Source of the DNA: a virus | Reading direction: 5' to 3' (one strand) | Virus record (IMG/VR): IMGVR_UViG_3300008107_000014 | Location: 32,001 to 96,000 of that record | Length of the DNA: 64,000 nt | Translations under genes and position numbers: made by a program | The notes under the pieces: model-generated | What the model was told of the DNA's origin: nothing | Seen by the model: only the letters and a program-made list of their open reading frames with translations | Database searches by the model: none | Shown here: in pieces, positions 30,485-39,443 of the stretch | How the letters are laid out: every line of letters begins with the position of its first letter | How positions within the stretch are numbered: position 1 is the stretch's first letter

Positions 30485-31014
30485 TTTGTCCACCACTCCT
30501 CATAAGGAAATTCAATCCAAACATCTTCTTCGGCTTTGTTTACTTCCATGCCCCAATAATTCATTGGAGCTTTACATTTACTAGATAGATTATCTACAAT
30601 AACTGCAAATCGAACATTGTTATTCCAAATTTCTTCCCATCGTTCGTCATTTGGAAAACAACCACTCGGCCAGTCTTCCATAATCCAGTTTAGTGTACTA
30701 CCTTGATCATTGATATCGTCTACAATAAGGATATTTTTTCTACCATCACCTGATGACATTGGGTCGTGATTGATATACCCAAACGCATCTTCTGCCATAC
30801 CTAGATTACTAACGCATTCGCCTCCGTCACGCAGACTAACGTCTAATGATTGCATGGGTACATTTAAGTAATGACTAATCATAACAGCAGGTAGTAGCCC
30901 GCCTCTAGTTAATCCCACAACATAATCAGGTTTCCAGTTGCTTAATGCAATATCTCTACAAATCTTATTGACTAGACCTTTAAAGTCGTCATTGTTAATT
31001 ACTAACTTTTTCAT
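30481..31014 (-). CDS. Type I phosphoribosyltransferase (xanthine/guanine PRT-like)
   Basis: VVGLTRGGLLPA, NILIVDDINDQGST (PRPP loop) and WIEFPYE. Confidence 0.8.
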   Translation of the reverse strand: MKKLVINNDDFKGLVNKICRDIALSNWKPDYVVGLTRGGLLPAVMISHYLNVPMQSLDVSLRDGGECVSNLGMAEDAFGYINHDPMSSGDGRKNILIVDDINDQGSTLNWIMEDWPSGCFPNDERWEEIWNNNVRFAVIVDNLSSKCKAPMNYWGMEVNKAEEDVWIEFPYEEWWTK

Positions 31015-31459
31015 ATCTTTCCTTAAGGTACTGCTCGTGTTGCACCCACTTATTATTAACTAAAAATCCCCATTCTCTTTTTTGAGGACCCGGCATAAAC
31101 AAAGTCCAAGCAGTTATTCCAGGAACCAATTCGATACGATGATAGCTGTGAGAACTGCATAAGCGGAAGTGACCAGGACCACGCCAATGCTTTGTTTCTC
31201 CAACCATTTTGCCATATTCGAAATTAGGAGTGTATTCATAGTAACCACCTTTGAGTATTAGTGTAGCATACGGCCACGGATGATCATGAACATCATCTGG
31301 GTCGCCCTTTAAAAACTTATGTAGGAATATATTAAATGGAAATGTTTTCCTATCTTTTAGAAACAAGTAATAGCGTTCAAGATACGGCTCGTCGCATTGA
31401 CGATCCATAACAATACGCTTACGACCTAGCCGATCTAAAAGATTAAGAAACCATTTCAT
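30995..31459 (-). CDS. Cupin-like protein
   Basis: HDHPW..LILKGGYYE..HRIEL metal-binding pattern. Confidence 0.55.
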   Translation of the reverse strand: MKWFLNLLDRLGRKRIVMDRQCDEPYLERYYLFLKDRKTFPFNIFLHKFLKGDPDDVHDHPWPYATLILKGGYYEYTPNFEYGKMVGETKHWRGPGHFRLCSSHSYHRIELVPGITAWTLFMPGPQKREWGFLVNNKWVQHEQYLKERYEKVSN

Positions 31460-31674
31460 TCTACATCCTCACTAAACCACTCGTCTACCATATCCTCGGC
31501 TTCGTCTTGTGTTAATGCAGGAACAAATAACCTTGCTGGTTGTCCTACAGTATGTTGAATATTAAAACGAACAATGCCAGTTGGAATTTGATCAAAGTCT
31601 CTTTCTACAATAAATTCTTGAAGATTCTTTGCACGATAGATTAAATGATCTGTTAGGTCTTTAGCTGTTGTCAT
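31456..31674 (-). CDS. Hypothetical protein
   Basis: ATGA-coupled to folE. Confidence 0.55.
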   Translation of the reverse strand: MTTAKDLTDHLIYRAKNLQEFIVERDFDQIPTGIVRFNIQHTVGQPARLFVPALTQDEAEDMVDEWFSEDVE

Positions 31675-32369
31675 CTTGGGGCAAACTCCTGTTGTAGTTT
31701 AATGTTGTCAAAGAATTCCTTCTTTGTATGAGGATCATTTTTAAATGTTCCTTTTAATACTGTAGTCTGTGTTAGACTGCTATGTGCCATGATGCCGCGA
31801 TTTTCACAGCAACCGTGTGTTGCTTGAATGTAAACTGCTACGTTCTCTGAGTCAGTAGCTCGGCTAATCTCGCGGGCGATGTCGTTACAAAGTTCCTCCT
31901 GGAGAGTACCCCGTCTTGCACACCACTGTGCGATTCTTGTGTACTTGCTAAGTCCGATAAGTTTTTCGGCAGCAATAATACCAATATAAGCAACGCCAGC
32001 CACAGGTTGGTGATGATGACTGCACATACTACGCAGCTCACTACGAACAACCAACATGCCTTCATAACGGTCTTGCGAGTCATTTGGAAACGCTGTTGCA
32101 TCTGGGGCTGCTTCATATCTACCTGCCATTATTTCGTTAAAGTACATTTTAGCAAGTCTACGTGCTGTGCCCTTGCTGTTGGGATCGTTTTCACGATCAA
32201 TAAGGAGTGCGTCGAGAACGCCTTCGAATGCTACTGTTGCTTCTTCAATAAGATAGTTTTTATCAAACTCATCTTTAACGTATTCGCTGATATTGTCACC
32301 AGCCCAAAAACGTTTGTTATCTCTTTTCATGTTTTCGCGGATAACTTGCGATAGATTTTTTTCTGACAT
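31671..32369 (-). CDS. folE: GTP cyclohydrolase I
   Basis: SMCSHHHQP, IGLSKYTR, LQEEL and HGCCENRG. Confidence 0.92.
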   Translation of the reverse strand: MSEKNLSQVIRENMKRDNKRFWAGDNISEYVKDEFDKNYLIEEATVAFEGVLDALLIDRENDPNSKGTARRLAKMYFNEIMAGRYEAAPDATAFPNDSQDRYEGMLVVRSELRSMCSHHHQPVAGVAYIGIIAAEKLIGLSKYTRIAQWCARRGTLQEELCNDIAREISRATDSENVAVYIQATHGCCENRGIMAHSSLTQTTVLKGTFKNDPHTKKEFFDNIKLQQEFAPR

Positions 32370-32405
32370 ATTTTCTCCGAGTTAATGTCGAGGATGACTT
32401 AGTAG

Positions 32406-33500
32406 TTATTTTAAGTTGTCTAGTAGTCGACTACAACTGAAAAAGTTCTCTCTTAAAACATCTACCTGTTTATTTAGGCTAGGTAGACGAGATTTATAAT
32501 TTTCCATGTGTGTGACAATTTCTCTACACACGTCCGGACGATACTTGTTATATGAGTTCCAGCTTTCTGTCCACTCACTAGGATACTTAAACACATCCAT
32601 GGCCATTTCGCTGTAGCTTAATCTATCCGGAACCATTGGGATTGCATCTACGATTGCACCTTCATACCAGCTAATACCTAAGGTCTCTTGTAAGTTTGCG
32701 CTGAACACTAACTTAGCTTCGCCTAATAAATTGTGATATTCACGTTTAGTTAATTGCTGTTCTTGACAGATGACAAATTCGTATTGCGGTAAATGTTCTT
32801 TTAGGTCACGGAAAATTTCAACTTGTTTTTCTGGGGCAATGCGATGTGGAAATAAAATAAGATCACGTTTTTCCATGCCTTTATACATAGACAACGTATC
32901 TTCCATGTATTCCATAGGCCATCCTGTGCGTACTACTTTATTATTGAACACAGTATCTTCTATCACAGTCTTATACATTGTTTGTCTACGATCTGGATCT
33001 GCTTGGATCAAGTTTTTGTAAAACATATGAATGTGAAAGTCAGTGGCAAAGTAGTTGTGATCAAACGCATAATAGAAACTCTTCTCAGCATGTCTAACCC
33101 AAGGTTTATCTCCTACAAGCCGTCCTAGGAAGTCTTGAGGATCATAACTGCCCGCATGCCATAGACCGTGAGTAGTTACTGGAATACTCAATAACTCACT
33201 CATGTACTTTAAGTTTATAATACCTGGATGCCAAGCATCAGTAAAAATAAAGTGATCGCCGGGATGAACGGCTCCGCTACAAAATAAACGGCCCATCTGC
33301 TCAACTTGACTAGCCTTGTATATATTAGTGCCGCCAAAGTTAAGAAACGCTCCCGGAGTGGTAGCACTAGGAATGTCCGTAGGACCTGATATAACGTTGA
33401 CATTGTGTCCCGCCTTTCGTAAGAGTGCAGGCAAGTGGGTTTTCCACTCGCCTGTGTACCTTGTTTCAACTGCTTCTAAATCAACAAGGTATATCGACAT
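32406..33500 (-). CDS. GT-B (GT4-like) glycosyltransferase, GTDC1/QTMAN-like
   Basis: FPHRIAPEK and QETLGISWYEG..PMVPDRLSYSE (Ex7E). ATG 33500. Confidence 0.75.
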   Translation of the reverse strand: MSIYLVDLEAVETRYTGEWKTHLPALLRKAGHNVNVISGPTDIPSATTPGAFLNFGGTNIYKASQVEQMGRLFCSGAVHPGDHFIFTDAWHPGIINLKYMSELLSIPVTTHGLWHAGSYDPQDFLGRLVGDKPWVRHAEKSFYYAFDHNYFATDFHIHMFYKNLIQADPDRRQTMYKTVIEDTVFNNKVVRTGWPMEYMEDTLSMYKGMEKRDLILFPHRIAPEKQVEIFRDLKEHLPQYEFVICQEQQLTKREYHNLLGEAKLVFSANLQETLGISWYEGAIVDAIPMVPDRLSYSEMAMDVFKYPSEWTESWNSYNKYRPDVCREIVTHMENYKSRLPSLNKQVDVLRENFFSCSRLLDNLK

Positions 33501-33730
33501 TATGAACGTGTCCGATAGTGTTGCTGTCCTCGAGGTTTCCACTCCTTTCGTTCGCCATTACGATCATTACGATCGAAGTGTCGACGAGGGCGTTTAGATG
33601 CCTCGTAAGATTGCCAAACTTTACTCTGGCGGTTATACAAATCTGCCGGATTATAAGGCAGAAGTTCTAATCTGCAAAAATCCAACAGGGCGTCGAGATC
33701 GTTAAAAATCTTCTCAACTTCAGTTTTCAT
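33500..33730 (-). CDS. Hypothetical basic protein
   Basis: AGGA RBS and Arg-rich tail. Confidence 0.55.
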   Translation of the reverse strand: MKTEVEKIFNDLDALLDFCRLELLPYNPADLYNRQSKVWQSYEASKRPRRHFDRNDRNGERKEWKPRGQQHYRTRS

Positions 33731-33745
33731 CGGTAGTTCCTTTAA

Positions 33746-34135
33746 TTAGTATTTGATGAATGAACCATTTTCTCCGTCTTCGGAGACCTCAATCCAAATC
33801 TCTCGACCTGGATACTTATTGGAAATGCTGTCATATAAATCACCTGACATCATTTCACAACTCTTGTAATCTAGTTGTAGTGTACCTTCTTTGTAAAGGT
33901 TTTCCAACCAGCGTTTAAATTGAATAAATTCAATATCGCGATCATCGTGTGTAACACTAATCCATACTTTGAAATGGAATGTGTGACGATGCGGATAACC
34001 TAGAAAACTTACATCATATTCGTCGCCTGTAGCAAGATTAGGATCTGTAAGTGCTGCTGGATATTTGTGAATACCTTCTTTTTGCAAGGTAACCCAAATC
34101 ATTTTGTTAGGACGAGTGTCTTGTCTAATAATCAT
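33746..34135 (-). CDS. queD: QueD-like 6-carboxytetrahydropterin synthase (T-fold)
   Basis: EGIH..HRHTFH..DIEF..SCEM..VSED pattern, located between folE and dpdA. Confidence 0.65.
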   Translation of the reverse strand: MIIRQDTRPNKMIWVTLQKEGIHKYPAALTDPNLATGDEYDVSFLGYPHRHTFHFKVWISVTHDDRDIEFIQFKRWLENLYKEGTLQLDYKSCEMMSGDLYDSISNKYPGREIWIEVSEDGENGSFIKY

Positions 34136-34359
34136 GATGCCAACAAACCCTTGCAAAGTTCTCCAATTTCTTCTTTAGTCATAAAGAAGTTATATGTACT
34201 TGCATGTTCTACGTTTCCGTCTTTATCAAGACATTCTTGAATAAAGTCGAGATTGTATAATCCTTTGGGACTAATTACTTCCCAAGTTTCTACACGCACT
34301 CTAAATGCACCATTATCTTTAATGGTAAAATTGTTAATTTTTAAACTTTCATGTAACAT
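34132..34359 (-). CDS. Hypothetical protein
   Basis: Coupled ORF. Confidence 0.55.
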   Translation of the reverse strand: MLHESLKINNFTIKDNGAFRVRVETWEVISPKGLYNLDFIQECLDKDGNVEHASTYNFFMTKEEIGELCKGLLAS

Positions 34360-34670
34360 TATCGTAATCCTTCCACTGTAATAATTTTGCTTAGTTCTTC
34401 GCCTAAGTCTTTATCATCCATTATAACATAAATTGCATTCTTATGTCTATCGTTTACGTTATCGTATTTGTTCAATTCAATAATAGTTCCACCAGTTGCC
34501 TTGTGTACTTTAAAATTAAATCCGTGATTGTCTATAGTACGTTCACTGCTCATAGAGATGCCTTTGCTAAGTCTAGGTCGATTTACATGGATATCTTCTT
34601 CACGAATTTTATCCCAGTCTTCGCGAACCCAGCGGACAATGATTTTTTTAAACCAGTTCATTTTCTTCAA
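34359..34670 (-). CDS. Hypothetical protein
   Basis: Coupled ORF. Confidence 0.55.
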   Translation of the reverse strand: MKKMNWFKKIIVRWVREDWDKIREEDIHVNRPRLSKGISMSSERTIDNHGFNFKVHKATGGTIIELNKYDNVNDRHKNAIYVIMDDKDLGEELSKIITVEGLR

Positions 34671-35196
34671 TACTCCATAGTTTTCCTTCAGATGATTCTT
34701 CTACATCAAACAGGCTGTTAAATTCATTGATCTGCATAGTTCGAATATCTAATCCCCACTTATGAAAAACTTTGTCTGCTAAAAACGAGTGTGAATATTG
34801 TTCAGACGGTATTCCAAAAGGACAGTTTCCACTATTTGCGGCAGAATATGGTTGTTCTAATTCACATTTAGTAATCAATAAATTTGATGATGTTATTATG
34901 TTGTTAATTGTGGTTAGTAATTCTTCTTCGGGAATTTTAAACATTTCGGTCTGTGATGAAATGTTATTGAGGTATTTGCCAGATTTATATATCAGGGCTT
35001 GTTTAATCTTTGATTCCAATCTGCCTATATCTCTAGGTGCTCCGAAATAAACATGATTAAGACTAAACTCCTTAGAACAAAACTTTTGTCTAGCTCTAAC
35101 AGCAGAATACGGCGTCATAGCTACTCCAATCTTTTTCCAATTAGAGTCTCCGTTTAAATCGTCGTGTATGTAAAAGAAAAAACTTTTTTCGTTCAT
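34648..35196 (-). CDS. Hypothetical protein, possible T5orf172/GIY-YIG-like nuclease
   Basis: FFYI..KKIGV..P..R..LESKIK..TEMF loosely fits the T5orf172 pattern. Confidence 0.35.
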   Translation of the reverse strand: MNEKSFFFYIHDDLNGDSNWKKIGVAMTPYSAVRARQKFCSKEFSLNHVYFGAPRDIGRLESKIKQALIYKSGKYLNNISSQTEMFKIPEEELLTTINNIITSSNLLITKCELEQPYSAANSGNCPFGIPSEQYSHSFLADKVFHKWGLDIRTMQINEFNSLFDVEESSEGKLWSIEENELV

Positions 35197-35744
35197 TTTA
35201 AAATCTCGTCCTTTCTATATTTGTCCCAGCTTGTAAACTTATCTCGTCCGAGCAAGTCGTGTAGGTTGTGACACCATACACCGGGATTAGTTGCATTAAA
35301 ATCTTTGTCGTCTAACTTAATTGTAGCATTATACCCTAGCTGTTGCAAATAGGGTAGCTTTACTGAAATTTGCGGAATGAACTGTTGCTTCTCTACAAGT
35401 CCGCTTTCTAACAATCCTTCAACATCTCTCACGTCAAGATCTAATGTACACCAGTATCCTGCTTCAAGACAAACGTATATCATATCTTCCCACGGACGCC
35501 ATGTGTCTACATCGTTAGTTCCATTAGGTTTAAAACTTTGATTAGCGCCAAAGTAGATATGTTTAATTTTTTTAGATTCGTCTACATATGACTTTGTATC
35601 ATCAGCAATATGCAATATTGTATACGGATCGTGAACGCCTACAACAAACAGTGTTTCCATTCCGTATGCAGGCGTAGTTTCAATTTCCTTACCTGTGAAG
35701 AAGGTAATAGATTCGGCTTTGCCGGTATTATAATCTCGTTTCAT
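35193..35744 (-). CDS. Hypothetical protein in the deazaguanine cluster
   Basis: ETLFVVG, HIYFGANQSF, KLDDKDF..TNPGVWCH, located near dpdA. Confidence 0.6.
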   Translation of the reverse strand: MKRDYNTGKAESITFFTGKEIETTPAYGMETLFVVGVHDPYTILHIADDTKSYVDESKKIKHIYFGANQSFKPNGTNDVDTWRPWEDMIYVCLEAGYWCTLDLDVRDVEGLLESGLVEKQQFIPQISVKLPYLQQLGYNATIKLDDKDFNATNPGVWCHNLHDLLGRDKFTSWDKYRKDEILK

Positions 35745-35911
35745 TTTGTCTTTCTAAAAAGATTTTTAATTGATTGAACTAGATTGTAATATCTAGCTTT
35801 ATACGGATCGCCAATAATTAAATCAATCATTGGCGGGTGGAGTGGACAGCGACCTTGTTTAAAGTCGCAGTCCGGAGTGTACTGCTTATTACAAACGGTA
35901 CAATGTTTCAT
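35741..35911 (-). CDS. Small Cys/His-rich protein (56 aa, not in ORF track)
   Basis: MKHCTVCNKQYTPDCDFKQGRCPLHPP... Fills the gap exactly, with an ATGA overlap. Confidence 0.5.
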   Translation of the reverse strand: MKHCTVCNKQYTPDCDFKQGRCPLHPPMIDLIIGDPYKARYYNLVQSIKNLFRKTK

Positions 35912-35913
35912 AG

Positions 35914-37470
35914 TTAGTCACTGTTAAGTTGTTGTTCTAGTTTACGAAGGTCGTCGTCATCTTGTTGATCAAAAATCGGTTGTCCGTCTTTATCGTATTG
36001 CAATTGTTTGTGTCCATCAACTATAAACAAACTATTAAATTCGTTATCAGCAGGACCGCCTTGTAGTCTAGCACCTTCTAATGCTTTTAAGAAACCTTTG
36101 GCATTAAAAATAAGTTGAAACGCTTCGTCTTTGGTTTTAGTATTAAACAATTCTTCAATGAATGTTGCAAAGTAAAGAATCTTACGAGGTACCCAATCAC
36201 TGTATTCAGTTTCTTTCTTACCTTCTAGACTCCACATGCGCCAATCTGGTTTGTACTTAGCACACTCAATGTCCATGTATTGCTGGGCACGTTGTACTGC
36301 CTTAATATGACACTCAACATTATGACCCATCATTAATGCATAAGCAAAACTATCCCAACTAGTTTTACCTTCTTTTTTAATTTTGTTTAACATGCCTGGT
36401 GCATAGTAACATACATCGCCCATTGCTAATCTACTGCCAACTTCACTTTCGAATGGGAACGGTATATCGGAGCCTGAAAGAGCCTTGGTATCTGGCGCTT
36501 TGTCCATGATAACTGACCATCGTTTGTTTGTGTGTTGAGCGTTTGTGTAGACAAGTCCATGTGCCGTTGCAATGAACGGTGAGGCGCAATCAAAAGAGAT
36601 GGTAAGTTCTTCATTAATGTGCTTTCGTATTTGACGTTGAATTAAAGTTAAGTAGCAAGACCAATCTAATTGAGCAGTGCCCAAGAAGTGGATCCAATTT
36701 TTGCCTTTCAGCAAACCGTCTTCACGCATCGTCATTAGACGTCTAAGCGTAATATCCATTTTACACATGTTAGCACCACCAAAGGCCCAACCTTCTGCGG
36801 CTTTATCACCCCAGACTTTTTCATCGCTAAATTCTTTAACACCGTTGTACCACGTCTCCGCAGTTTCCCAGTTACTACCTTGTAGCACGTTTAAGAACTT
36901 AGTAGTTTTACCGTCTCGGTTCTCTAAAAAGAACTTATTGTTAAATTTAGTTTTATTCAAACAATCGTCAAAATCTTTTAATCCTGTCTTAGGCGCATGG
37001 ATGTGATCGCAGGCCCAAGTAGGAACGTCTAACATCATTGACCAGTCTGCGGTAAGTTCAAGCCAACGAAGAATGTCTAAGCGTGTTTTGTTTGCACTAG
37101 GACCATCAAAGTTCAGCCAGTCAAACTTAAGAACACCTTTACCAATCTGATACCCACCTGAATCTCCAACAATAACAGTATTGTCTCTGTCACGTTGTTG
37201 AATCATTGCCTCTTGAATAACACTTTTTTCAAGATTAAGTTGTGCATGACCTGCTGAGTACAGACCGTATTTGTATGTAAAGTATCCTTGTTCGGGATTT
37301 AAAAAGTTCATGCCTTCAATGCCTCTATCAAATCCGTCGGGGATTCGATCCGCAGCAATAAATTCTTCTACACGTTGCTTTGCAATGTATGTGCTATAAA
37401 AAGAACTGATAGCTGGCAAGTATACTGCGTAGTCTTTCTGTAATGGTGATAAGTTAACTGGTGGTTTCAT
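35914..37470 (-). CDS. dpdA: DpdA-like (TGT-family) DNA 7-deazaguanine transglycosylase
   Basis: GDSGGYQ, MMLDVP, NVLQG, GWAFGG, IHFLG and SFDCASPF TGT-barrel motifs. Clustered with folE/queD/queE. Confidence 0.78.
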   Translation of the reverse strand: MKPPVNLSPLQKDYAVYLPAISSFYSTYIAKQRVEEFIAADRIPDGFDRGIEGMNFLNPEQGYFTYKYGLYSAGHAQLNLEKSVIQEAMIQQRDRDNTVIVGDSGGYQIGKGVLKFDWLNFDGPSANKTRLDILRWLELTADWSMMLDVPTWACDHIHAPKTGLKDFDDCLNKTKFNNKFFLENRDGKTTKFLNVLQGSNWETAETWYNGVKEFSDEKVWGDKAAEGWAFGGANMCKMDITLRRLMTMREDGLLKGKNWIHFLGTAQLDWSCYLTLIQRQIRKHINEELTISFDCASPFIATAHGLVYTNAQHTNKRWSVIMDKAPDTKALSGSDIPFPFESEVGSRLAMGDVCYYAPGMLNKIKKEGKTSWDSFAYALMMGHNVECHIKAVQRAQQYMDIECAKYKPDWRMWSLEGKKETEYSDWVPRKILYFATFIEELFNTKTKDEAFQLIFNAKGFLKALEGARLQGGPADNEFNSLFIVDGHKQLQYDKDGQPIFDQQDDDDLRKLEQQLNSD

Positions 37471-37819
37471 ATTCTCTCGATAATTTTATTGTTACGTCTA
37501 ATTGACGTTTTGCCTGTTCTAGATTGTCTAGTGCTATTTTAACAGCTTTGTTCTCAGAAGCCAAGCTTTCCCAAGCCCGTTCTTCGTCACGTTTTTTACG
37601 TGCCCATTGTATGCTATCTAAAACATCTTGATCCATAGTAACTGTGGCATAACTGCTTGATAGCTGTTGCCAACTACTTCCGTTGAACACTTCAAGTTCT
37701 GTCATATTAATACGTACCATACCTGTCATTGGATTACTGCTGTTAGGTGGCACATAAGGCAGAGTTGTATTTCCGCCTGATACTGTAATACCGCATGTGC
37801 CCATTAGACCTTTAATCAT
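37454..37819 (-). CDS. Hypothetical protein
   Basis: ATG 37819 after AAGGA RBS. Confidence 0.55.
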   Translation of the reverse strand: MIKGLMGTCGITVSGGNTTLPYVPPNSSNPMTGMVRINMTELEVFNGSSWQQLSSSYATVTMDQDVLDSIQWARKKRDEERAWESLASENKAVKIALDNLEQAKRQLDVTIKLSREYETTS

Positions 37820-37838
37820 AGTTAAATCCTTTACAAGT

Positions 37839-37867
37839 AGTGTACAGCCACAGCAAGGTTTTTGCAA
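37839..37867 (-). promoter_or_regulatory. Sigma70-like promoter (TTGCAA-17-TACACT) upstream of the dpdA operon
   Basis: Spacing counted directly. Intergenic. Confidence 0.5.
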
Positions 37868-37871
37868 CCGT

Positions 37872-38639
37872 TTAGAGCAAACATACTTTATTGACTATTT
37901 CAGTAGCCCATGCAGCTATAGTTTTTGGACCCGCATGTAACCCATCGGCGGCTCGATCAGTATACTTGGGTAAACAGTCTGCATCTATCCACCGTGTACT
38001 ATTAGAGTTTTCAACAACGGTAAATGTATAAAACGGTACGTGTTGCCAGATATGCGTAATACTAGCCCATTGCAATGCTCCATGTACTTCAGCATTGGGT
38101 TCGTGGTGTATCCAACCTTTATAACAATCATCGATGCCCTCGGGCAATTGTTCTTGATGAGATGTTAACATGCTGGCTAGCCATTGAGAACGCTGTATGG
38201 CCTGAGACATGTGTACTGTGTTAGTTGGCACCATATGCACAGGTGATGACCATGTAAAATATGCCAATCGTGTAAGCTCTGGTGCAACCAATATAACAGC
38301 ACGTGGTCGAATACCTTGTTTTACTAGAGCTAGGCTATTGTACAGTTGCACAGTCATACTACTAGCACAATAGCCTAGATTGATTACAGGACAATTGAGC
38401 ATATGCTTTAACTGCCCTGGCAAACTATGCTCTACATTTACACCTACACCTAACACATGGCTACAACCTAAGACTATCACACTGTCGGACCATGTAATAC
38501 TGTCCCATTCATCGGTGCGATAGCCATTGCTGTTAAATTGATAGTTAATCTTGCCTGAGATATCTGTAGTACACTGATTACCTGACTGATAAGGAGAGGG
38601 TAATAGTAAGTGAGACTCGTCCCAGGGCAAGTTTTTCAT
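37872..38639 (-). CDS. SGNH/GDSL hydrolase-like protein
   Basis: LGCSHVLGVGV, VINLG and C-terminal DGLHAG (DxxH). Confidence 0.55.
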   Translation of the reverse strand: MKNLPWDESHLLLPSPYQSGNQCTTDISGKINYQFNSNGYRTDEWDSITWSDSVIVLGCSHVLGVGVNVEHSLPGQLKHMLNCPVINLGYCASSMTVQLYNSLALVKQGIRPRAVILVAPELTRLAYFTWSSPVHMVPTNTVHMSQAIQRSQWLASMLTSHQEQLPEGIDDCYKGWIHHEPNAEVHGALQWASITHIWQHVPFYTFTVVENSNSTRWIDADCLPKYTDRAADGLHAGPKTIAAWATEIVNKVCLL

Positions 38640-38642
38640 ATT

Positions 38643-39383
38643 TTAGACAGCTTGTGCTGGAATAATATATTTGTAAGTTGCTAAACCGCTATCTAATGTA
38701 ATTTGAATAGCACCTTCATTTGACAAACTCATCTTTGTATTATTAGCATCGGCATTGCTTAGGATGCTCATGATCGGAGCAACCGGCCATGTCCAGCCGC
38801 GATCTAATTTACCTGCAACATTTGATGCAAATACAAACTCACCACCGTGTGTGCTAGCATCACCAAAGATAAACTTTAAATTGCCGCTGTCGGTCTTAGC
38901 CAAGAATGTTGGCTGTTCATTATTAGCACCAGCTTGGAATTTAAAACGCTTGACTGCTTCAACAGTTGGCTCAACTTCAACATCCCACTTGACGCCACGG
39001 AACTTAACAGTCTTCATCTTTTCGTTGATGATTTCTGTGTTCATAAAGCGATAATCATTTTTAAAATCGCTGTCTTTGTTTTCAAAGTGCAATCCTGTTG
39101 GAACAGTTGCTCCGTTGCGTTCTGCTGTAGTAACAGCAATTTTAGCATCGTCTTTGTAGACATCGCCGTCTAACAAATATTTCAATTTGTTAAGCTGTGG
39201 CATACCAAATACACCTAGCATCTGTGGATATGGATTAGCAGTCTCTGCTTCCATAATAACAGAACGATTGTCTGCCATTGCATTTAATACAGTCTTTTCG
39301 TCTGTACCAGTTACTTTAACTGTAGTAAGCAATCCGCCAATATCATGTGTGTGGCGAACGATGTCTTGTAAAATATCTTTCAT
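38643..39383 (-). CDS. Putative DNA sliding clamp (gp45/PCNA-like)
   Basis: 246 aa, directly downstream of DNA polymerase. C-terminal ..SNEGAIQITLDSGLATYKYIIP. Confidence 0.6.
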   Translation of the reverse strand: MKDILQDIVRHTHDIGGLLTTVKVTGTDEKTVLNAMADNRSVIMEAETANPYPQMLGVFGMPQLNKLKYLLDGDVYKDDAKIAVTTAERNGATVPTGLHFENKDSDFKNDYRFMNTEIINEKMKTVKFRGVKWDVEVEPTVEAVKRFKFQAGANNEQPTFLAKTDSGNLKFIFGDASTHGGEFVFASNVAGKLDRGWTWPVAPIMSILSNADANNTKMSLSNEGAIQITLDSGLATYKYIIPAQAV

Positions 39384-39407
39384 TGAGAATTCTCCGTTAG
39401 TGTTAAG

Positions 39408-39436
39408 ATTATATTTAGATCGTTGACAAAGAGCAA
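39408..39436 (-). promoter_or_regulatory. Sigma70-like promoter (TTGCTC-17-TATAAT) overlapping a TAAATA motif
   Basis: Intergenic, upstream of the clamp gene. Confidence 0.45.
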
Positions 39437-39443
39437 ATTAATT

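Noticed and set aside
32370-32405. Possible small riboswitch/pseudoknot upstream of folE (GTC-ATCCTC-GAC, loop complementary to GGAG)
   Set aside because: The stems are only 3 bp and do not match the preQ1 riboswitch consensus. It cannot be supported without covariation data.
34648-35196. Mobile homing endonuclease
   Set aside because: Only a loose T5orf172/GIY-YIG resemblance, which is not enough to call a mobile element.
35914-37470. Canonical tRNA-guanine transglycosylase (tgt) for queuosine
   Set aside because: It lacks the C-terminal CxCx2C zinc motif of bacterial Tgt and is longer. Phage context fits DNA-acting DpdA better.
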